Source: Vicinamibacterales bacterium
Lineage (GTDB): Bacteria > Acidobacteriota > Vicinamibacteria > Vicinamibacterales > UBA2999
Direction: 5' to 3'
NCBI GenBank assembly: GCA_036802945.1
Contig: DAIRVG010000009.1
Coordinates: 18,253 to 82,252 of the forward strand
Length of the DNA: 64,000 nt
Shown here: piece by piece, positions 32,299 to 47,562 of the stretch
Layout of the letters: every line of letters begins with the position of its first letter
How positions within the stretch are numbered: the first letter of the stretch is position 1
Notes under the pieces: model-generated
Told to the model about the DNA's origin: nothing
Databases searched by the model: none
Seen by the model: the letters and a program-made list of their open reading frames with translations, nothing else
Position numbers and translations under genes: made by a program

Positions 32299-34200
32299 TT
32301 AGAAGCGAACGGTGACGCCGCCGACGATGTGTTTGGGAGGCCTGGCGACCTGAAGTTCGTCGTACACGGAGGTGTCGAGGAGGTCTTCGTGGAAGAGATT
32401 CCGTACCGCCACAATCATCTCCCACTGGCCGCTGGTGAAGTTGAGGAAGGGCAGCGCCTGACTGACCTGAACGTCGAAACGGGCGCCCAGTTTCGGCCGC
32501 AACGTGGTTGCGTCGGATCCCGCGAACCCCGAGTTGATCTTGTAGATAACGAAGACCCGCGTGTCCACGCGAGGCAACTCGCTCTCGACGGACGTTGTGA
32601 GATCGCGCAGTTGTTCGAACTGCCGGCGCATCACCGAGGGCATCACGAGGGCGACACGGGCCGAGCCTCCCGACGACCGGAGCCAGTCTGCATCAGCCTG
32701 CGTGTAATCGACCGATGCTCGCATCCCGTCCGAAACGATGCGACTCAGACTCACGCCCCATCCGCGCACGTCCACGTCGCCGGTATGGCCAACGTAATAG
32801 TGCCCGACGCTCGAGCCGGTGGTGTTGGGCAACGATACGCCGAAGAGCGTCGCGATCTGATCGCCGATCTGTTGACGGAACGCGCGAATCCCGACGATCA
32901 CGTCGTTGGCCAGGGGTTGCTCGGCAGCGACCTCCAGGTGATCGATTCGTTCCGGCTTGAATCCGAATCGTCGCGATGCCGGCGAGAACGTGCGTCCTGG
33001 TGGCAGCCATATGCCGGTTGAGGGCGGAAGGAATTCTTCCGCGCCCGGTGCGAGCTCGCGATGCGAAACGGCGCCGCGCACGCGGAACGACGCGTCGGGA
33101 AGGGGTGTCACCGTGACGCTCGCCTTTGGACTTAGAAGGTTTTCATTCGCAAGGTAGTCATAACGGGCGTAGCGCGCACCGTAGGTCACGTTGAGACGGT
33201 CAGCAATCGTCCAGTCATCAAACGCGTAGATCTCACCGGCATTGCGGTGTCCGTCGGCCATTGCAGCGAGCGCGTCGGCGTTTCCGCCCAGGTAGCGCTG
33301 CATCGCATACGACATCCCGGCACGGTACTTGTGCGAAGACCCTGCCGATCGCCGCGCGTACGAACCAGCGAGGATCCAGGAGGACAAATCCCCCTGCGTG
33401 GTGCCGCCGCGCACATTCCACTGACCCGTCGTGGTCGGCGCGGTGAGCGAGACAAAGGCCACGCTCCCCGCCATTCCGCCCTGCGTCGAGAAGAGCTGCT
33501 GCGGCCGATCGAACGACGTTCTCGTGAACAGGTTGATCTGCCCATCGAGCGGCAGTTCCGCGATAAAGGAGGCAAATCGCACAGGTCCGCCGACCGCCCG
33601 CGCGAGCGCAGCCAGCGAATCGTCCATGAAGGACCCGTCACTGCCGGGGCTGGCGATGGCGCCGTCCACGTCCTTCAGGACGCTCCGCTTCAGATGTCGA
33701 AGGCGCCACGCGATTTCTCCGTGATCCTCGCTGTCGGCGTCCGCGGATGACGGCTCCTGGCCGCCCACGCCGCCGAGGCCCGCCTGAAGGATCTGCGGCT
33801 GGTCGGATGGACCTTGAACGCGCGTCAGAGCGATCGAAATGTCGCGGGCCGCCGTCGTGACCTGAATGATCTTCGCCCGCGCCGGCACGTAGCCCTGAAG
33901 GTGCGCGCGAACAAGGTAGGGACCTGCCGGCAGATCGCGCAGTGTGAAGCGTCCGTCTCGGTCGGACACGGCAAAGGCGGTGCTGCCGCCCAGCGCAGAC
34001 ACCACGACACCCCCGAGCGGCTGGCCTTGCTCGTCGACCACGGTTCCGCGCAGCTCCGCCTGTGAAATCGAGGCGATCTGGATTGTCTGGGACTTGGGAG
34101 TGAACGCCGGCGCGAACTGCGCGAAAACGACCGCGGGACACACGATGCCCGCCATGAACACCATCACCACCGCCGGGCGTCTGGCGAAAAGGCGGGTCAT
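32299..34200 (-). CDS. Outer-membrane beta-barrel protein with N-terminal CarboxypepD_reg-like domain (TonB-dependent-receptor-like; no plug recognised)
   Basis: Signal peptide MTRLFARRPAVVMVFMAGIVCPAVVFAQ. LRGTVVDEQGQPLGGVVVSAL...DRDGRFTLRDLPAGPYLVRAHLQGY is the CarboxypepD_reg fold. The C-terminus GGVTVRF is a typical OMP terminal Phe. The track ORF starts at 34215. Confidence 0.75.
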   Translation of the reverse strand: MTRLFARRPAVVMVFMAGIVCPAVVFAQFAPAFTPKSQTIQIASISQAELRGTVVDEQGQPLGGVVVSALGGSTAFAVSDRDGRFTLRDLPAGPYLVRAHLQGYVPARAKIIQVTTAARDISIALTRVQGPSDQPQILQAGLGGVGGQEPSSADADSEDHGEIAWRLRHLKRSVLKDVDGAIASPGSDGSFMDDSLAALARAVGGPVRFASFIAELPLDGQINLFTRTSFDRPQQLFSTQGGMAGSVAFVSLTAPTTTGQWNVRGGTTQGDLSSWILAGSYARRSAGSSHKYRAGMSYAMQRYLGGNADALAAMADGHRNAGEIYAFDDWTIADRLNVTYGARYARYDYLANENLLSPKASVTVTPLPDASFRVRGAVSHRELAPGAEEFLPPSTGIWLPPGRTFSPASRRFGFKPERIDHLEVAAEQPLANDVIVGIRAFRQQIGDQIATLFGVSLPNTTGSSVGHYYVGHTGDVDVRGWGVSLSRIVSDGMRASVDYTQADADWLRSSGGSARVALVMPSVMRRQFEQLRDLTTSVESELPRVDTRVFVIYKINSGFAGSDATTLRPKLGARFDVQVSQALPFLNFTSGQWEMIVAVRNLFHEDLLDTSVYDELQVARPPKHIVGGVTVRF

Positions 34201-34223
34201 CGGGGGTCCCCACATCTTACGCC

Positions 34224-35261
34224 TTACGACGCCGCAACGGAGAAATTGACGTTCTGCGTTACGGTCTTACCCGACGGCTTGTCGGTGATCTTGATCTCCA
34301 GCCGGTAGTCTCCCGGCGGAAAGCTGAGAAGAGGCACCTGCAGCGTGCCCGGAATCGGACCACTGTTAGCCGTAAAGTCCGCCGGCAGCGACTGTGCGTT
34401 CAATGCCTGCGGCTGCGTCTTGTTGAAGAACTTCTCTCCATCCGCAGTCTTCTGATTGAAGCTGTTTTCGATCTGCACGTCCGGCTTGCCGGCCGAATCA
34501 CCGGTAATCCCGTAAATCCAGTAGATCACCTCGAGAGTATCGGCCTTCTTGTACTTTCCATCGCGGGACAGCACGATCTGCATGGGACCGAACACGTACG
34601 GATCTTCCTGCGCCGAGGCGCCCGCCGGCAGCGGCTGAATTGCCGTCGCCAGGATGACGCTGCTGGTTGTCAGTTCCGGCTTGTTGTAGTCGGGGATGCT
34701 CAGTTCCTTCTTCGCGACCGCGACCGTGGGGTTGAAGTTCTTATCGGCTTTTTCAACCGTGCCCTTGTCCTTCACCGCCACATACACGTCGTAGTCGGTG
34801 CCACCCTTCACCTGGAAAGCGCGCGAGACTTTCCCCTCAGGACTGACCGTCGCGAAATAGACGTTTTCCCAGGGGTGGATGGCGCCAGCCTTGTCCTTGT
34901 TGTCCTTGTTGTCCTTGCTCGGCGGTGCGGGTGCGGCGCCCTTGGTGTCGACGCGGACGTACAGCGCGACGGTCGGCGACATCAATTTCGAGCGATCCAG
35001 TTGCACGGTGAAGGGAACGTAGGTCGTGCCGTCCTGCGAGCGGATGAAATGGTTCGATTCCCACGTCACCATCGTGGTCGGCGCGGCCTGACCCGCTGAG
35101 ACCGTGTCGACCGCCTTGAGCAGGACCTCGATGTCGAGCTGTTCAGCCTTACTGCGCTTTACTTCCTGCTTGTTGTCGGCCTTCTGCGCGAGCAGCGCCG
35201 ACGAACCAGCAGTCACGCTCAGCGCGACGCAGAGAGCAACCATCCCTCTCATCTTCTTCAT
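34224..35261 (-). CDS. Secreted hypothetical protein
   Basis: MKKMRGMVALCVALSVTAGSSALLAQ signal peptide, preceded by the gggagagagagg RBS. Contains a KDNKDNKDK repeat and is beta-rich. Sits 8 nt upstream of the barrel gene's longest ORF. Confidence 0.65.
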   Translation of the reverse strand: MKKMRGMVALCVALSVTAGSSALLAQKADNKQEVKRSKAEQLDIEVLLKAVDTVSAGQAAPTTMVTWESNHFIRSQDGTTYVPFTVQLDRSKLMSPTVALYVRVDTKGAAPAPPSKDNKDNKDKAGAIHPWENVYFATVSPEGKVSRAFQVKGGTDYDVYVAVKDKGTVEKADKNFNPTVAVAKKELSIPDYNKPELTTSSVILATAIQPLPAGASAQEDPYVFGPMQIVLSRDGKYKKADTLEVIYWIYGITGDSAGKPDVQIENSFNQKTADGEKFFNKTQPQALNAQSLPADFTANSGPIPGTLQVPLLSFPPGDYRLEIKITDKPSGKTVTQNVNFSVAAS

Positions 35262-35564
35262 GCCTCTCTCTCCCGAAAGTGACGGAGACAATACAACAGC
35301 CGTGACGCTCAGAGTCGGGCTGCGGTGGCCGTTTCGATAGCGTGTTTCGAGGCCCTGTCAGGGATGAGAGGAGCCCTCGAATCCGTTGATCATAGGCGTC
35401 GTCCCCAGGCAAGTCAAACCTCTGAACAGCCGCGCGGCACGCCACTTTTTGACGGAAACTCGAGCGCCGCGCGACCTCTGCAGCGCGATTCACCGTGCTA
35501 TCATCGCTGCCCCTCAGGGGATCCGCGGGGCGCCTGGGCGCGCTGCCGGCCTGGGGCCATACCC

Positions 35565-36854
<1,290 letters not shown>

Positions 36855-36861
36855 GGGTTAG

Positions 36862-38184
<1,323 letters not shown>

Positions 38185-38195
38185 AGGAAAGGTCC

Positions 38196-38945
38196 ATGTA
38201 TCGACTCGTGCTGTTGCGTCACGGCGAAAGCCTCTGGAACAAGGAGAACCGGTTCACCGGGTGGACCGACGTCGACCTCACCGACAAGGGACGTGAAGAG
38301 GCACGCGAGGCGGGACGGCTGATGGCTGCCGAGAAGTTCGAGTTCGATGTCGCGCACACCTCGGTGCTCAAACGCGCGATCCGCACTCTTTGGATCGCCC
38401 GCGACGAGATGGACCTGCTCTGGATCCCGGTCTATCGCTCGTGGAGACTGAACGAGCGCCATTACGGCGCGCTGCAGGGGTTGAACAAGTCCGAAACCGC
38501 GGAGAAGTATGGCGAGGCGCAGGTGAAGATCTGGCGCCGCAGCTACGACATCCCACCACCTCCGCTGACGCCAGACGATCCGCGGCACCCCTCCCGCGAT
38601 CGCCGCTACACGTCGCTCTCGCTGCGGGAGCTGCCGCTGACCGAATCGCTCAAGGACACCGTCGCGCGCTTCCTGCCGTACTGGCACCAGGCGATTGCGC
38701 CCGACATCATTGCCGGCCGGAAGGTGCTCATCGCGGCGCACGGGAACAGCCTGCGCGCGCTGGTGAAGTATCTCGACAATCTGTCGGAAGAAGAGATCGT
38801 GGAGCTGAACATCCCGACCGGCATTCCTCTCGTATACCTGCTCAACGATGACCTGAAACCGCTCCAGAAGTTCTACCTGGGCGATCAGGAGGCGGTGCAG
38901 CAGGCGATGTCGGCCGTCGCGAACCAGGGTAAAGCCCGTACGTAG
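38196..38945 (+). CDS. gpmA: 2,3-bisphosphoglycerate-dependent phosphoglycerate mutase
   Basis: [20 protein letters not shown] (RHGE catalytic motif); 249 aa. Confidence 0.95.
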   Translation: MYRLVLLRHGESLWNKENRFTGWTDVDLTDKGREEAREAGRLMAAEKFEFDVAHTSVLKRAIRTLWIARDEMDLLWIPVYRSWRLNERHYGALQGLNKSETAEKYGEAQVKIWRRSYDIPPPPLTPDDPRHPSRDRRYTSLSLRELPLTESLKDTVARFLPYWHQAIAPDIIAGRKVLIAAHGNSLRALVKYLDNLSEEEIVELNIPTGIPLVYLLNDDLKPLQKFYLGDQEAVQQAMSAVANQGKART

Positions 38946-39018
38946 AAACTCCCAAGCCCCAACGACCAGCTCCCGAGGTGCTTGGGAATTGGAAGTTGGG
39001 AGTTGGGAGTGGGTTTCT
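38944..39018. repeat. Imperfect inverted repeat of C3/G3-tract low-complexity arms; likely bidirectional terminator
   Basis: Left arm agaaactcccaagccccaac (38944-38963); right arm gttgggagttgggagtgggtttct (38995-39018). Lies between the convergent gpmA and the 39032-39340 gene. Confidence 0.6.
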
Positions 39019-39031
39019 CTTCTCTAAACCT

Positions 39032-39340
39032 CTAGCCTTCTACGGTCGGCTCCTTCGCCTCGTCAGCTCCGATGCGGAGCGAGCGCAGGAATCGCTTGTC
39101 GTTCGCAGTCAGTTCGAAAGCCCGGCGCGCCGGCAGCAGGCGGGCGGGAGTGGTGATTTTCGTTACCGCCGCTCCATTGTTGCGGTTCACAAAACCAACG
39201 ACCGCTTCGAGCGTCACTCGCATATCGAAGCCGGCTTCGCGCGCCTTCGCGCGACACGCTTCCACTTGCTGGTTTTCGGCTACGGCAGCGGCGATCGCGT
39301 CGGCCAGCTCTTTTGCGAACCGGTTTACGACGTCATCCAT
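39032..39340 (-). CDS. Small hypothetical protein (102 aa)
   Basis: ATG at 39340 is preceded by a strong RBS (gaggagg). Sequence MDDVVNRFAKELADAIAAAVAENQQVEACRAKAREAGF... I recognise no family. Confidence 0.5.
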   Translation of the reverse strand: MDDVVNRFAKELADAIAAAVAENQQVEACRAKAREAGFDMRVTLEAVVGFVNRNNGAAVTKITTPARLLPARRAFELTANDKRFLRSLRIGADEAKEPTVEG

Positions 39341-39634
39341 ACCTGCTTCCTCCTCACACCGCCGCCGGGCCGGGATCCGGGGCGTCTCCCGATCCGAACC
39401 TGCACATACCGGGGAGGTCTGGCAGGGATCGAGCGCCAAAGATGTTCATCTGTATGGGGTTAGCCTTCGTGAAGACTACGTTTCATTGTAGAGACAGTGC
39501 TGATGAGTGTCAACGAACTGGCAGTTTTCGGCCTGTTTTCGCGTAGCTGAACAGATGACCCGCCTGCTCCAGCCACATTGCGGCCGTTAACCGCTGGTAC
39601 ACAAGGGGTTGGAGTAGAATCGCGTGGCACCCCC

Positions 39635-41218
39635 ATGACGAGCGGTCCGACGAGCCGTTTCTACCGCACCCCCGACGATCTGTCAGATATCGACCCCGAA
39701 ACGGATATCGGCTATCCGGGCGTCTTTCCCTACACCCGGGGTATTCAGCCGTCCATGTACCGGGGCCGTCCCTGGACGATGAGGCAGTACGCGGGGTTTG
39801 CCGATGCCGCGGAATCGAACCGCCGCTATCGGTATTTGCTGTCGCAGGGCGTCAGCGGGCTGAGCGTTGCGTTCGATCTACCGACACAGATCGGCTACGA
39901 CTCGGACCATCCGCTGGCCGCAGGTGAGGTCGGACGCGTCGGCGTCGCGATTGACTCGATCGAAGACATGTCGGCGCTCTTCGACGGCATTCCGCTCGAT
40001 CGCGTGTCAACGTCGATGACGATCAACGCGACGGCCATTATCCTGCTCGCTTTGTACGTTGCCGTCGCAAAGCGGCAGGGGGTCGCGCCCGCCGCGCTCT
40101 CGGGGACCGTGCAGAACGACATCCTGAAGGAGTATGTCGCGCGCGGCACCTACATCTACCCTCCCCGCCCGTCGCTTCGCATCGTGACCGACATCCTGGC
40201 ATTCTGCGAGCGCAACATGCCGCAGTGGAACACGATCTCGATCAGCGGGTATCACATCCGCGAAGCAGGCTCCACGGCCGTTCAGGAAGTCGCGTTCACG
40301 CTCGCACACGCGAGCGCGTACGTCCAGGCCGCGATCGATGCCGGCCTCGACGTCAACAACTTTGGTCAGCGGCTGTCCTTCTTCTTCAACGCTCACAACG
40401 ATTTCATCGAGGAGGTTGCCAAGTTCCGCGCCGCTCGTCGTCTGTGGGCGCGCCGCATGGCGCAGCGGTTCGGTGCCACTCATCCGCGCGCGCAGCAACT
40501 GCGCTTCCACACCCAGACGGCGGGAAGCACGCTGACCGCGCAGCAGCCGGATAACAACATCGTCCGCGTCGCGCTGCAGGCGCTGGCGGCGGTGCTCGGG
40601 GGAACGCAGTCGCTTCATTGCAACGGCAAGGACGAGGCGCTCGCGCTACCAACCGAAGAGAGCGCGACGATTGCCCTGCGAACGCAGCAGATCATCCTGC
40701 ATGAGAGCGGTGTCGCGAACACGGTCGACCCGGTGGCCGGCTCCTATGCGATCGAGGAGATGACGACGCGGATCGAACGCGCGGCCTCGGAACTCCTTGA
40801 CCGGATCGATCAGATCGGCGGAACACTCGCGGCGATCGAATCTGGCTATATCCAGCAACAGATCCAGGATGCAGCCTATCGCGCACAACAGGCGGTCGAC
40901 GCGGGTGATGCCGTCGTCGTCGGAGTGAACAGGTTTACGAGTGGCGAGGCTTCGGGCGGGCAGGTGCGGCCGAACGCCGACCTCTTCCACATAGACCCGG
41001 AAGTCGAACGCCGCCAGGTCGAACGCGTGCGGGCGATGCGCGCTGGACGCAGCGAGCGCGAATGGCGCTCAGCGTTGGACGCGGTCGAATCGGCGGCGCG
41101 CGGGACGGCGAACCTCGTGCAGCCAATCATCGACGCCGTCGAGAAACGCGCGACCCTCGGCGAGATCGCTGACGCCATGCGCCGGGTGTTCGGCGAGCAC
41201 CAGGACGTCCCGCCGTGA
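39635..41218 (+). CDS. Methylmalonyl-CoA mutase family, catalytic (large, N-terminal) domain only
   Basis: [27 protein letters not shown] and [17 protein letters not shown] are hallmark MCM catalytic-barrel motifs. The roughly 527-aa protein ends before any B12-binding (DxHxxG) domain. Confidence 0.9.
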   Translation: MTSGPTSRFYRTPDDLSDIDPETDIGYPGVFPYTRGIQPSMYRGRPWTMRQYAGFADAAESNRRYRYLLSQGVSGLSVAFDLPTQIGYDSDHPLAAGEVGRVGVAIDSIEDMSALFDGIPLDRVSTSMTINATAIILLALYVAVAKRQGVAPAALSGTVQNDILKEYVARGTYIYPPRPSLRIVTDILAFCERNMPQWNTISISGYHIREAGSTAVQEVAFTLAHASAYVQAAIDAGLDVNNFGQRLSFFFNAHNDFIEEVAKFRAARRLWARRMAQRFGATHPRAQQLRFHTQTAGSTLTAQQPDNNIVRVALQALAAVLGGTQSLHCNGKDEALALPTEESATIALRTQQIILHESGVANTVDPVAGSYAIEEMTTRIERAASELLDRIDQIGGTLAAIESGYIQQQIQDAAYRAQQAVDAGDAVVVGVNRFTSGEASGGQVRPNADLFHIDPEVERRQVERVRAMRAGRSEREWRSALDAVESAARGTANLVQPIIDAVEKRATLGEIADAMRRVFGEHQDVPP

Positions 41219-42009
41219 GCGCACGCAACCCGTTGCTTGACGTTCAGCACCTGACGGTGACCTTTGGCGGCTCATCCGCGACACCCGCGGTCGACGATGT
41301 GAGTTTCCAGATCATGCCGGGTGAAACACTCGGACTCGTCGGCGAATCGGGCAGCGGAAAGTCGGTCACGGCATTTTCCATCCTGCGCCTCCTTCAGCCC
41401 CCGGGCCGAATCACAGGCGGCAGCGTGATGTTCGACGGACGCGATCTGCTTTCCCTTCCGGAACGGGAGATGCGCGAAGTACGGGGCGCCAGAATCGCGC
41501 TGATCTTTCAAGAACCGATGACGGCGCTCAACCCAGTGATGCGCGTGGGCGATCAAATCGCTGAAGCGCTGACCGTCCATGGGAGGGGGACACACGCCGA
41601 GGCACGTACCCGCGCCACGGAATTGCTCGACGCGGTGCGCATTCCAGACGCTGCGCTCCGCGCCCGCGACTACCCACATCAGCTCTCAGGGGGTATGCGC
41701 CAGCGCGTCATGATCGCGATTGCGCTCGCCTGCGAACCGCCGCTGATCATCGCGGACGAGCCCACGACCGCGCTCGACGTGACAATCCAGGCGCAGGTAC
41801 TGGAGCTCATGCGGGAGTTGAAGGCTCGCTACAACCTTGCGTTGCTGCTGATCACCCACGACTTCGGCGTCATCGCCGAGATGGCCGATCGCGTAGCGGT
41901 GATGTTCAAAGGCAAGCTCGTCGAGCAGGGTCCCGTGCGCGAAATCCTGCGTCACCCTGCGCACGAATACACACGCAACCTGCTGGCGGCCGTCCCCGGG
42001 GCCCGCTGA
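41215..42009 (+). CDS. ABC transporter ATP-binding protein, Opp/Dpp/Nik D-type
   Basis: [13 protein letters not shown]...[11 protein letters not shown] (Walker A), LSGGMRQRV (signature), [12 protein letters not shown] (Walker B). The GTG start overlaps the MCM stop (GTGA). Confidence 0.9.
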   Translation: MSARNPLLDVQHLTVTFGGSSATPAVDDVSFQIMPGETLGLVGESGSGKSVTAFSILRLLQPPGRITGGSVMFDGRDLLSLPEREMREVRGARIALIFQEPMTALNPVMRVGDQIAEALTVHGRGTHAEARTRATELLDAVRIPDAALRARDYPHQLSGGMRQRVMIAIALACEPPLIIADEPTTALDVTIQAQVLELMRELKARYNLALLLITHDFGVIAEMADRVAVMFKGKLVEQGPVREILRHPAHEYTRNLLAAVPGAR

Positions 42010-42911
42010 TGCCCTTCGACTGCGCTCAGGGTAAACCGCTCCTCGAGGTCCGTCACCTCGTCAAGCATTTCGTGCGGAAGCAGGGCCTGCTGCGTCCTCC
42101 GTCTGTCGTGAAAGCCGTGGACGATGTGACCTTCGCGATCGAGGAAGGCGAGATGTTCGGGCTCGTGGGCGAATCGGGAAGCGGCAAGAGCACGACCGGT
42201 CGTTGCATCCTGCGACTCATCGAGCCGACGTCCGGAGAGGTCCTGTTTCGCGGCGAGAACGTCGTCGGATTCTCGCGACAGCGCATGCGGATGGCACGCC
42301 GCGACATGCAAATCGTTTTCCAGGATCCGTATTCCTCGCTCAACCCGCGCATGCGGGTCGGCGACATCGTCGAGGAGCCGTTGGTCATTCACAAGCTCGG
42401 CTCAAAGACCGAACGGCGTGCTCGCGTCGCGGAGCTGTTTCAGCTTGTCGGCCTTGAGCCGGAACACATCGCGCGGTATCCCCACGAGTTCAGCGGCGGA
42501 CAGCGGCAGCGTATCGGAATTGCCCGCGCTCTCGCGCTGAATCCGGCGCTCATCATCGCGGATGAAGCCGTCTCCGCGCTCGACGTGTCGATTCAGGCGC
42601 AGGTGGTCCGGCTGTTGATGGAGCTGAAGGACCGGCTGAAGCTGACGTATCTCTTCATCGCGCACGATCTGCGGCTCGTTGAGCATATCTGCAGCCGCGT
42701 GGCGGTGATGTACATGGGGAAGATCGTCGAACTGGGTGAGACGAAAGCGCTCTTCTCGAATCCCACCCATCCGTACACGAAGGCGCTCCTCAGTGCGATT
42801 CCGGTGCTCGATCCGGATGCGCCGCGACAGCGGATCGAGCTCAATCCCGAGTCGTTCGAGCGGAACGCGCCATTGAAGGAAATCGGCGCACGGCACTGGG
42901 CTGCGGTCTAA
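42009..42911 (+). CDS. ABC transporter ATP-binding protein, Opp/Dpp/Nik F-type
   Basis: [39 protein letters not shown], and C-terminal [15 protein letters not shown]. The start shares one base with the upstream stop. Confidence 0.9.
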   Translation: MPFDCAQGKPLLEVRHLVKHFVRKQGLLRPPSVVKAVDDVTFAIEEGEMFGLVGESGSGKSTTGRCILRLIEPTSGEVLFRGENVVGFSRQRMRMARRDMQIVFQDPYSSLNPRMRVGDIVEEPLVIHKLGSKTERRARVAELFQLVGLEPEHIARYPHEFSGGQRQRIGIARALALNPALIIADEAVSALDVSIQAQVVRLLMELKDRLKLTYLFIAHDLRLVEHICSRVAVMYMGKIVELGETKALFSNPTHPYTKALLSAIPVLDPDAPRQRIELNPESFERNAPLKEIGARHWAAV

Positions 42912-42947
42912 GTCCCAAATCCCAAAACCCAAATCCCAAAACCCAAG

Positions 42948-43664
<717 letters not shown>

Positions 43665-43724
43665 GCGCGTCGGTCTCCAGTCCTACACTCTACGACCGGG
43701 AACCGCGGATGGTTTCACGGGCCG

Positions 43725-45692
43725 CTAATGCTCGTCCTGGTACTGTTCCTTCAGCTTCGCGACCACGTTCGGATCGGCCAGCGTCGTCGTGTCGCCCAGC
43801 GTCTTTCCCTCGGCAATGTCACGAAGCAGCCGGCGCATGATCTTGCCCGACCGGGTCTTCGGCAGGTCCGCGGTGAAAATGATGTCGTCGGGTTTTGCGA
43901 TCGCGCCTATCTTCCTGGCAACGTGATCCTTCAACTCGATCATCAGTGCCTCGCTCGGCTGCACGCCTTCCTTCACGGTCACGAACGCGGCAACCGCCTG
44001 ACCCTTGATCTCGTGGGTTCGGCCCACGACGGCGGCTTCGGCGACCTTCGGGTGATCGACGAGCGCGCTTTCGACCTCCATCGTGCCGATGCGATGACCG
44101 GCAACGTTCAGCACGTCGTCAACGCGGCCAAGCAGCCAGAAGAAGCCGTCCTGATCGAGCTTGGCGCCGTCACCCGCGAAGTAGATGTCGGATGTGAATT
44201 TGCTCCAGTACATCGACACGTACCGCTCGGGGTCGCCGTAAATGCCGCGGAGCATTGACGGCCATGGCCGCGTCAGCGTCAGCAGGCCTCCTCCGGTCGG
44301 AATCGTCTCGCCTTGATCGTTCTTGATCTCCGCCTTGACGCCGGGGAAGACCCGCGTCGCGGAGCCGGGCTTGGTCGTCGTCAACCCTGGCAACGGCGTG
44401 ATCATGATCGCGCCGGTTTCGGTCTGCCACCATGTGTCGACGACCGGACATTTCTCACCCCCGATGTAACGGTGATACCAGACCCACGCTTCGGGGTTGA
44501 TCGGCTCGCCGACGGATCCCAGGAGCCGCAGACTCGACAGGTCACGCTTCTTCGGCCACTCCGGTCCCCACTTCATGAACGCCCGGATCGCCGTCGGAGC
44601 CGTGTAGAAGATCGTGACGCCGTATCGCTCGATGATTTCCCAGAAGCGATCCTTCTTCGGCCAGTCGGGAGCTCCTTCGTACATCACCACGGTCGCGCCG
44701 TTCGCGAGCGGACCATAGACAACGTAGCTGTGGCCGGTGACCCAACCAATATCCGCCGTGCACCAGTAGACGTCGTCGTCCTTCATGTCGAAAACCCACT
44801 TCGTTGTGGCGTAGGTTCCCGTCAGGTAGCCGCCCGTGGTGTGCATGATGCCCTTGGGCTTCCCCGTCGTGCCGGACGTATAAAGGATGTACAGCAAGTC
44901 CTCCGAGTCCATCTTTTCCGGCTCGCAGGTGTTCGGCGCATCCTGCATCAGGCGGTGGTACCAGTGATCGCGCCCTTCCTGGATGTGCACGGGCGCGTTC
45001 GATTGCCCCTGGAGCCTCTGAACGACGACCACGTTCTTGATCGAGGGCGTGCCTGTCAGCGCCTCGTCGGCCATCTGCTTGAGCGGCACGATCGAGCCTC
45101 GGCGCCAGCCGCCGTCGGAGGTGATGAGCAGATTGCATTGCGCGTCGTTGATGCGGTCGCGGAGCGATTCCGAGCTGAACCCGCCGAACACGACGGAGTG
45201 CGCCGCGCCGAGACGCGCGCACGCCAGCATCGCGATCGCCAGCTCGGGAATGAGCGGGAGGTAGATCGCGACGCGATCTCCGCGTTTGACGCCGAGTGAC
45301 TTCAGCACGTTTGCGAACTGGCTGACCTGGCGATACAGGTCAAAGTACGTCAGCGTGCGGCGGTCGCCAGGCTCGCCTTCCCAGATCAGCGCCGCCTTGT
45401 TACGGCGCGGTCCTCGGATGTGACGATCGACGCAGTTGACGCTCGCGTTGATGGTGCCGCCGACGAACCACTTCGCATGCGGCGGTTTCCATTCGAGCAC
45501 CTTCGTCCAGGGCGTCGACCATTCGAGCTCGGACGCAAAGGCAGCCCAGAAACCTTCGGGATCCTTGTCGGCGCGCGCGTAGACGCCTTCGTCGTTGATG
45601 TTGGCCTGCGCGCGGAATTCTTTCGATGGTGGAAATGTCCGGTCTTCCTGAAGGAGATCGGCGATATCTGTCGGTGGTTTCTTTTCTGCCAT
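43725..45692 (-). CDS. acs: Acetyl-CoA synthetase
   Basis: 655 aa with [11 protein letters not shown] (AMP-binding motif), the C-terminal [10 protein letters not shown], and an N-terminus typical of Acs. Confidence 0.95.
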   Translation of the reverse strand: MAEKKPPTDIADLLQEDRTFPPSKEFRAQANINDEGVYARADKDPEGFWAAFASELEWSTPWTKVLEWKPPHAKWFVGGTINASVNCVDRHIRGPRRNKAALIWEGEPGDRRTLTYFDLYRQVSQFANVLKSLGVKRGDRVAIYLPLIPELAIAMLACARLGAAHSVVFGGFSSESLRDRINDAQCNLLITSDGGWRRGSIVPLKQMADEALTGTPSIKNVVVVQRLQGQSNAPVHIQEGRDHWYHRLMQDAPNTCEPEKMDSEDLLYILYTSGTTGKPKGIMHTTGGYLTGTYATTKWVFDMKDDDVYWCTADIGWVTGHSYVVYGPLANGATVVMYEGAPDWPKKDRFWEIIERYGVTIFYTAPTAIRAFMKWGPEWPKKRDLSSLRLLGSVGEPINPEAWVWYHRYIGGEKCPVVDTWWQTETGAIMITPLPGLTTTKPGSATRVFPGVKAEIKNDQGETIPTGGGLLTLTRPWPSMLRGIYGDPERYVSMYWSKFTSDIYFAGDGAKLDQDGFFWLLGRVDDVLNVAGHRIGTMEVESALVDHPKVAEAAVVGRTHEIKGQAVAAFVTVKEGVQPSEALMIELKDHVARKIGAIAKPDDIIFTADLPKTRSGKIMRRLLRDIAEGKTLGDTTTLADPNVVAKLKEQYQDEH

Positions 45693-45745
45693 GGTCTATG
45701 CGGACCCCGATGAATATTTGAGCGGGTAAGGATACACCAGCGCCC

Positions 45746-46218
45746 TCAGGACCCTCCATCGTGTGCACGCGGTATTTCGGCGCCAAAAATCGCGGCGCCA
45801 AGCAGCCCTCCGAGTCCGGCAAAAGGTGTTGCGATGAACAGCTGAAAGAGGAATCCCACCACGAACCGGAGAGGCGCGGATGCGCGATCGCCAAGCCCCT
45901 CCAGCCACGACCTCACGTCCGGAGGCATGTCGGACGCGTTGCGCAATATCAAATCCGCAGCACGCTGCTGCAACGGTGCCACCATGAGGTCGACGGCCAT
46001 CGACGCGATTAGCCAGATCACGGCGCCGACAATACCGGCGCGAACCCCAATCCTGGCTCCCTCGAGAAGACCTATCGAGAGCGGTTGATCCTGTTGCGCC
46101 ACATAGACGGCGAAGACGCCGCCCCCAATAATCCAGAGGCAGCAGCAGTTGGGGATGTTGACAACGGGCAGCGCGGACAGCACTCCGATGAAGAGGCCGC
46201 CAAGCAGAACCGCCTGGG

Positions 46219-46222
<4 letters not shown>
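45746..46222 (-). CDS. Small polytopic membrane protein, unknown function
   Basis: Four hydrophobic segments and an unusual NIPNCCCLW motif. I propose a TTG start at 46222 overlapping the ino1 stop (TTGA). The longer track ORF (to 46372) would overlap ino1 by about 150 nt. Start uncertain. Confidence 0.5.
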
Positions 46223-47532
<1,310 letters not shown>

Positions 47533-47562
47533 AATCGCTGACTATATCATGAGGAAAATCGC

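Noticed and set aside
35431-35455. cGGCACGccacTTTTTg upstream of glgC as a possible sigma-54 -24/-12 promoter for the adjacent NtrC-type regulator.
   Set aside because: The -12 element is TTTT rather than TTGC, so the GG-N10-GC spacing rule fails. It points toward glgC rather than the neighbouring accessory genes. It is too weak to call.
39491-39520. CUGAUGAG...GAA string (gtgCTGATGAgtgtcaacGAActgg) reminiscent of a hammerhead ribozyme core.
   Set aside because: No stem II hairpin follows CUGAUGA, and no stems I/III or cleavage-site context can be drawn. Only a 4-bp gaca/tgtc pairing flanks it.
39341-39634. Possible cobalamin riboswitch upstream of the B12-dependent mutase gene.
   Set aside because: I see no B12-box-like core, and cobalamin riboswitches normally control B12 supply genes rather than B12-dependent mutases. 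It remains an unexplained long leader only.
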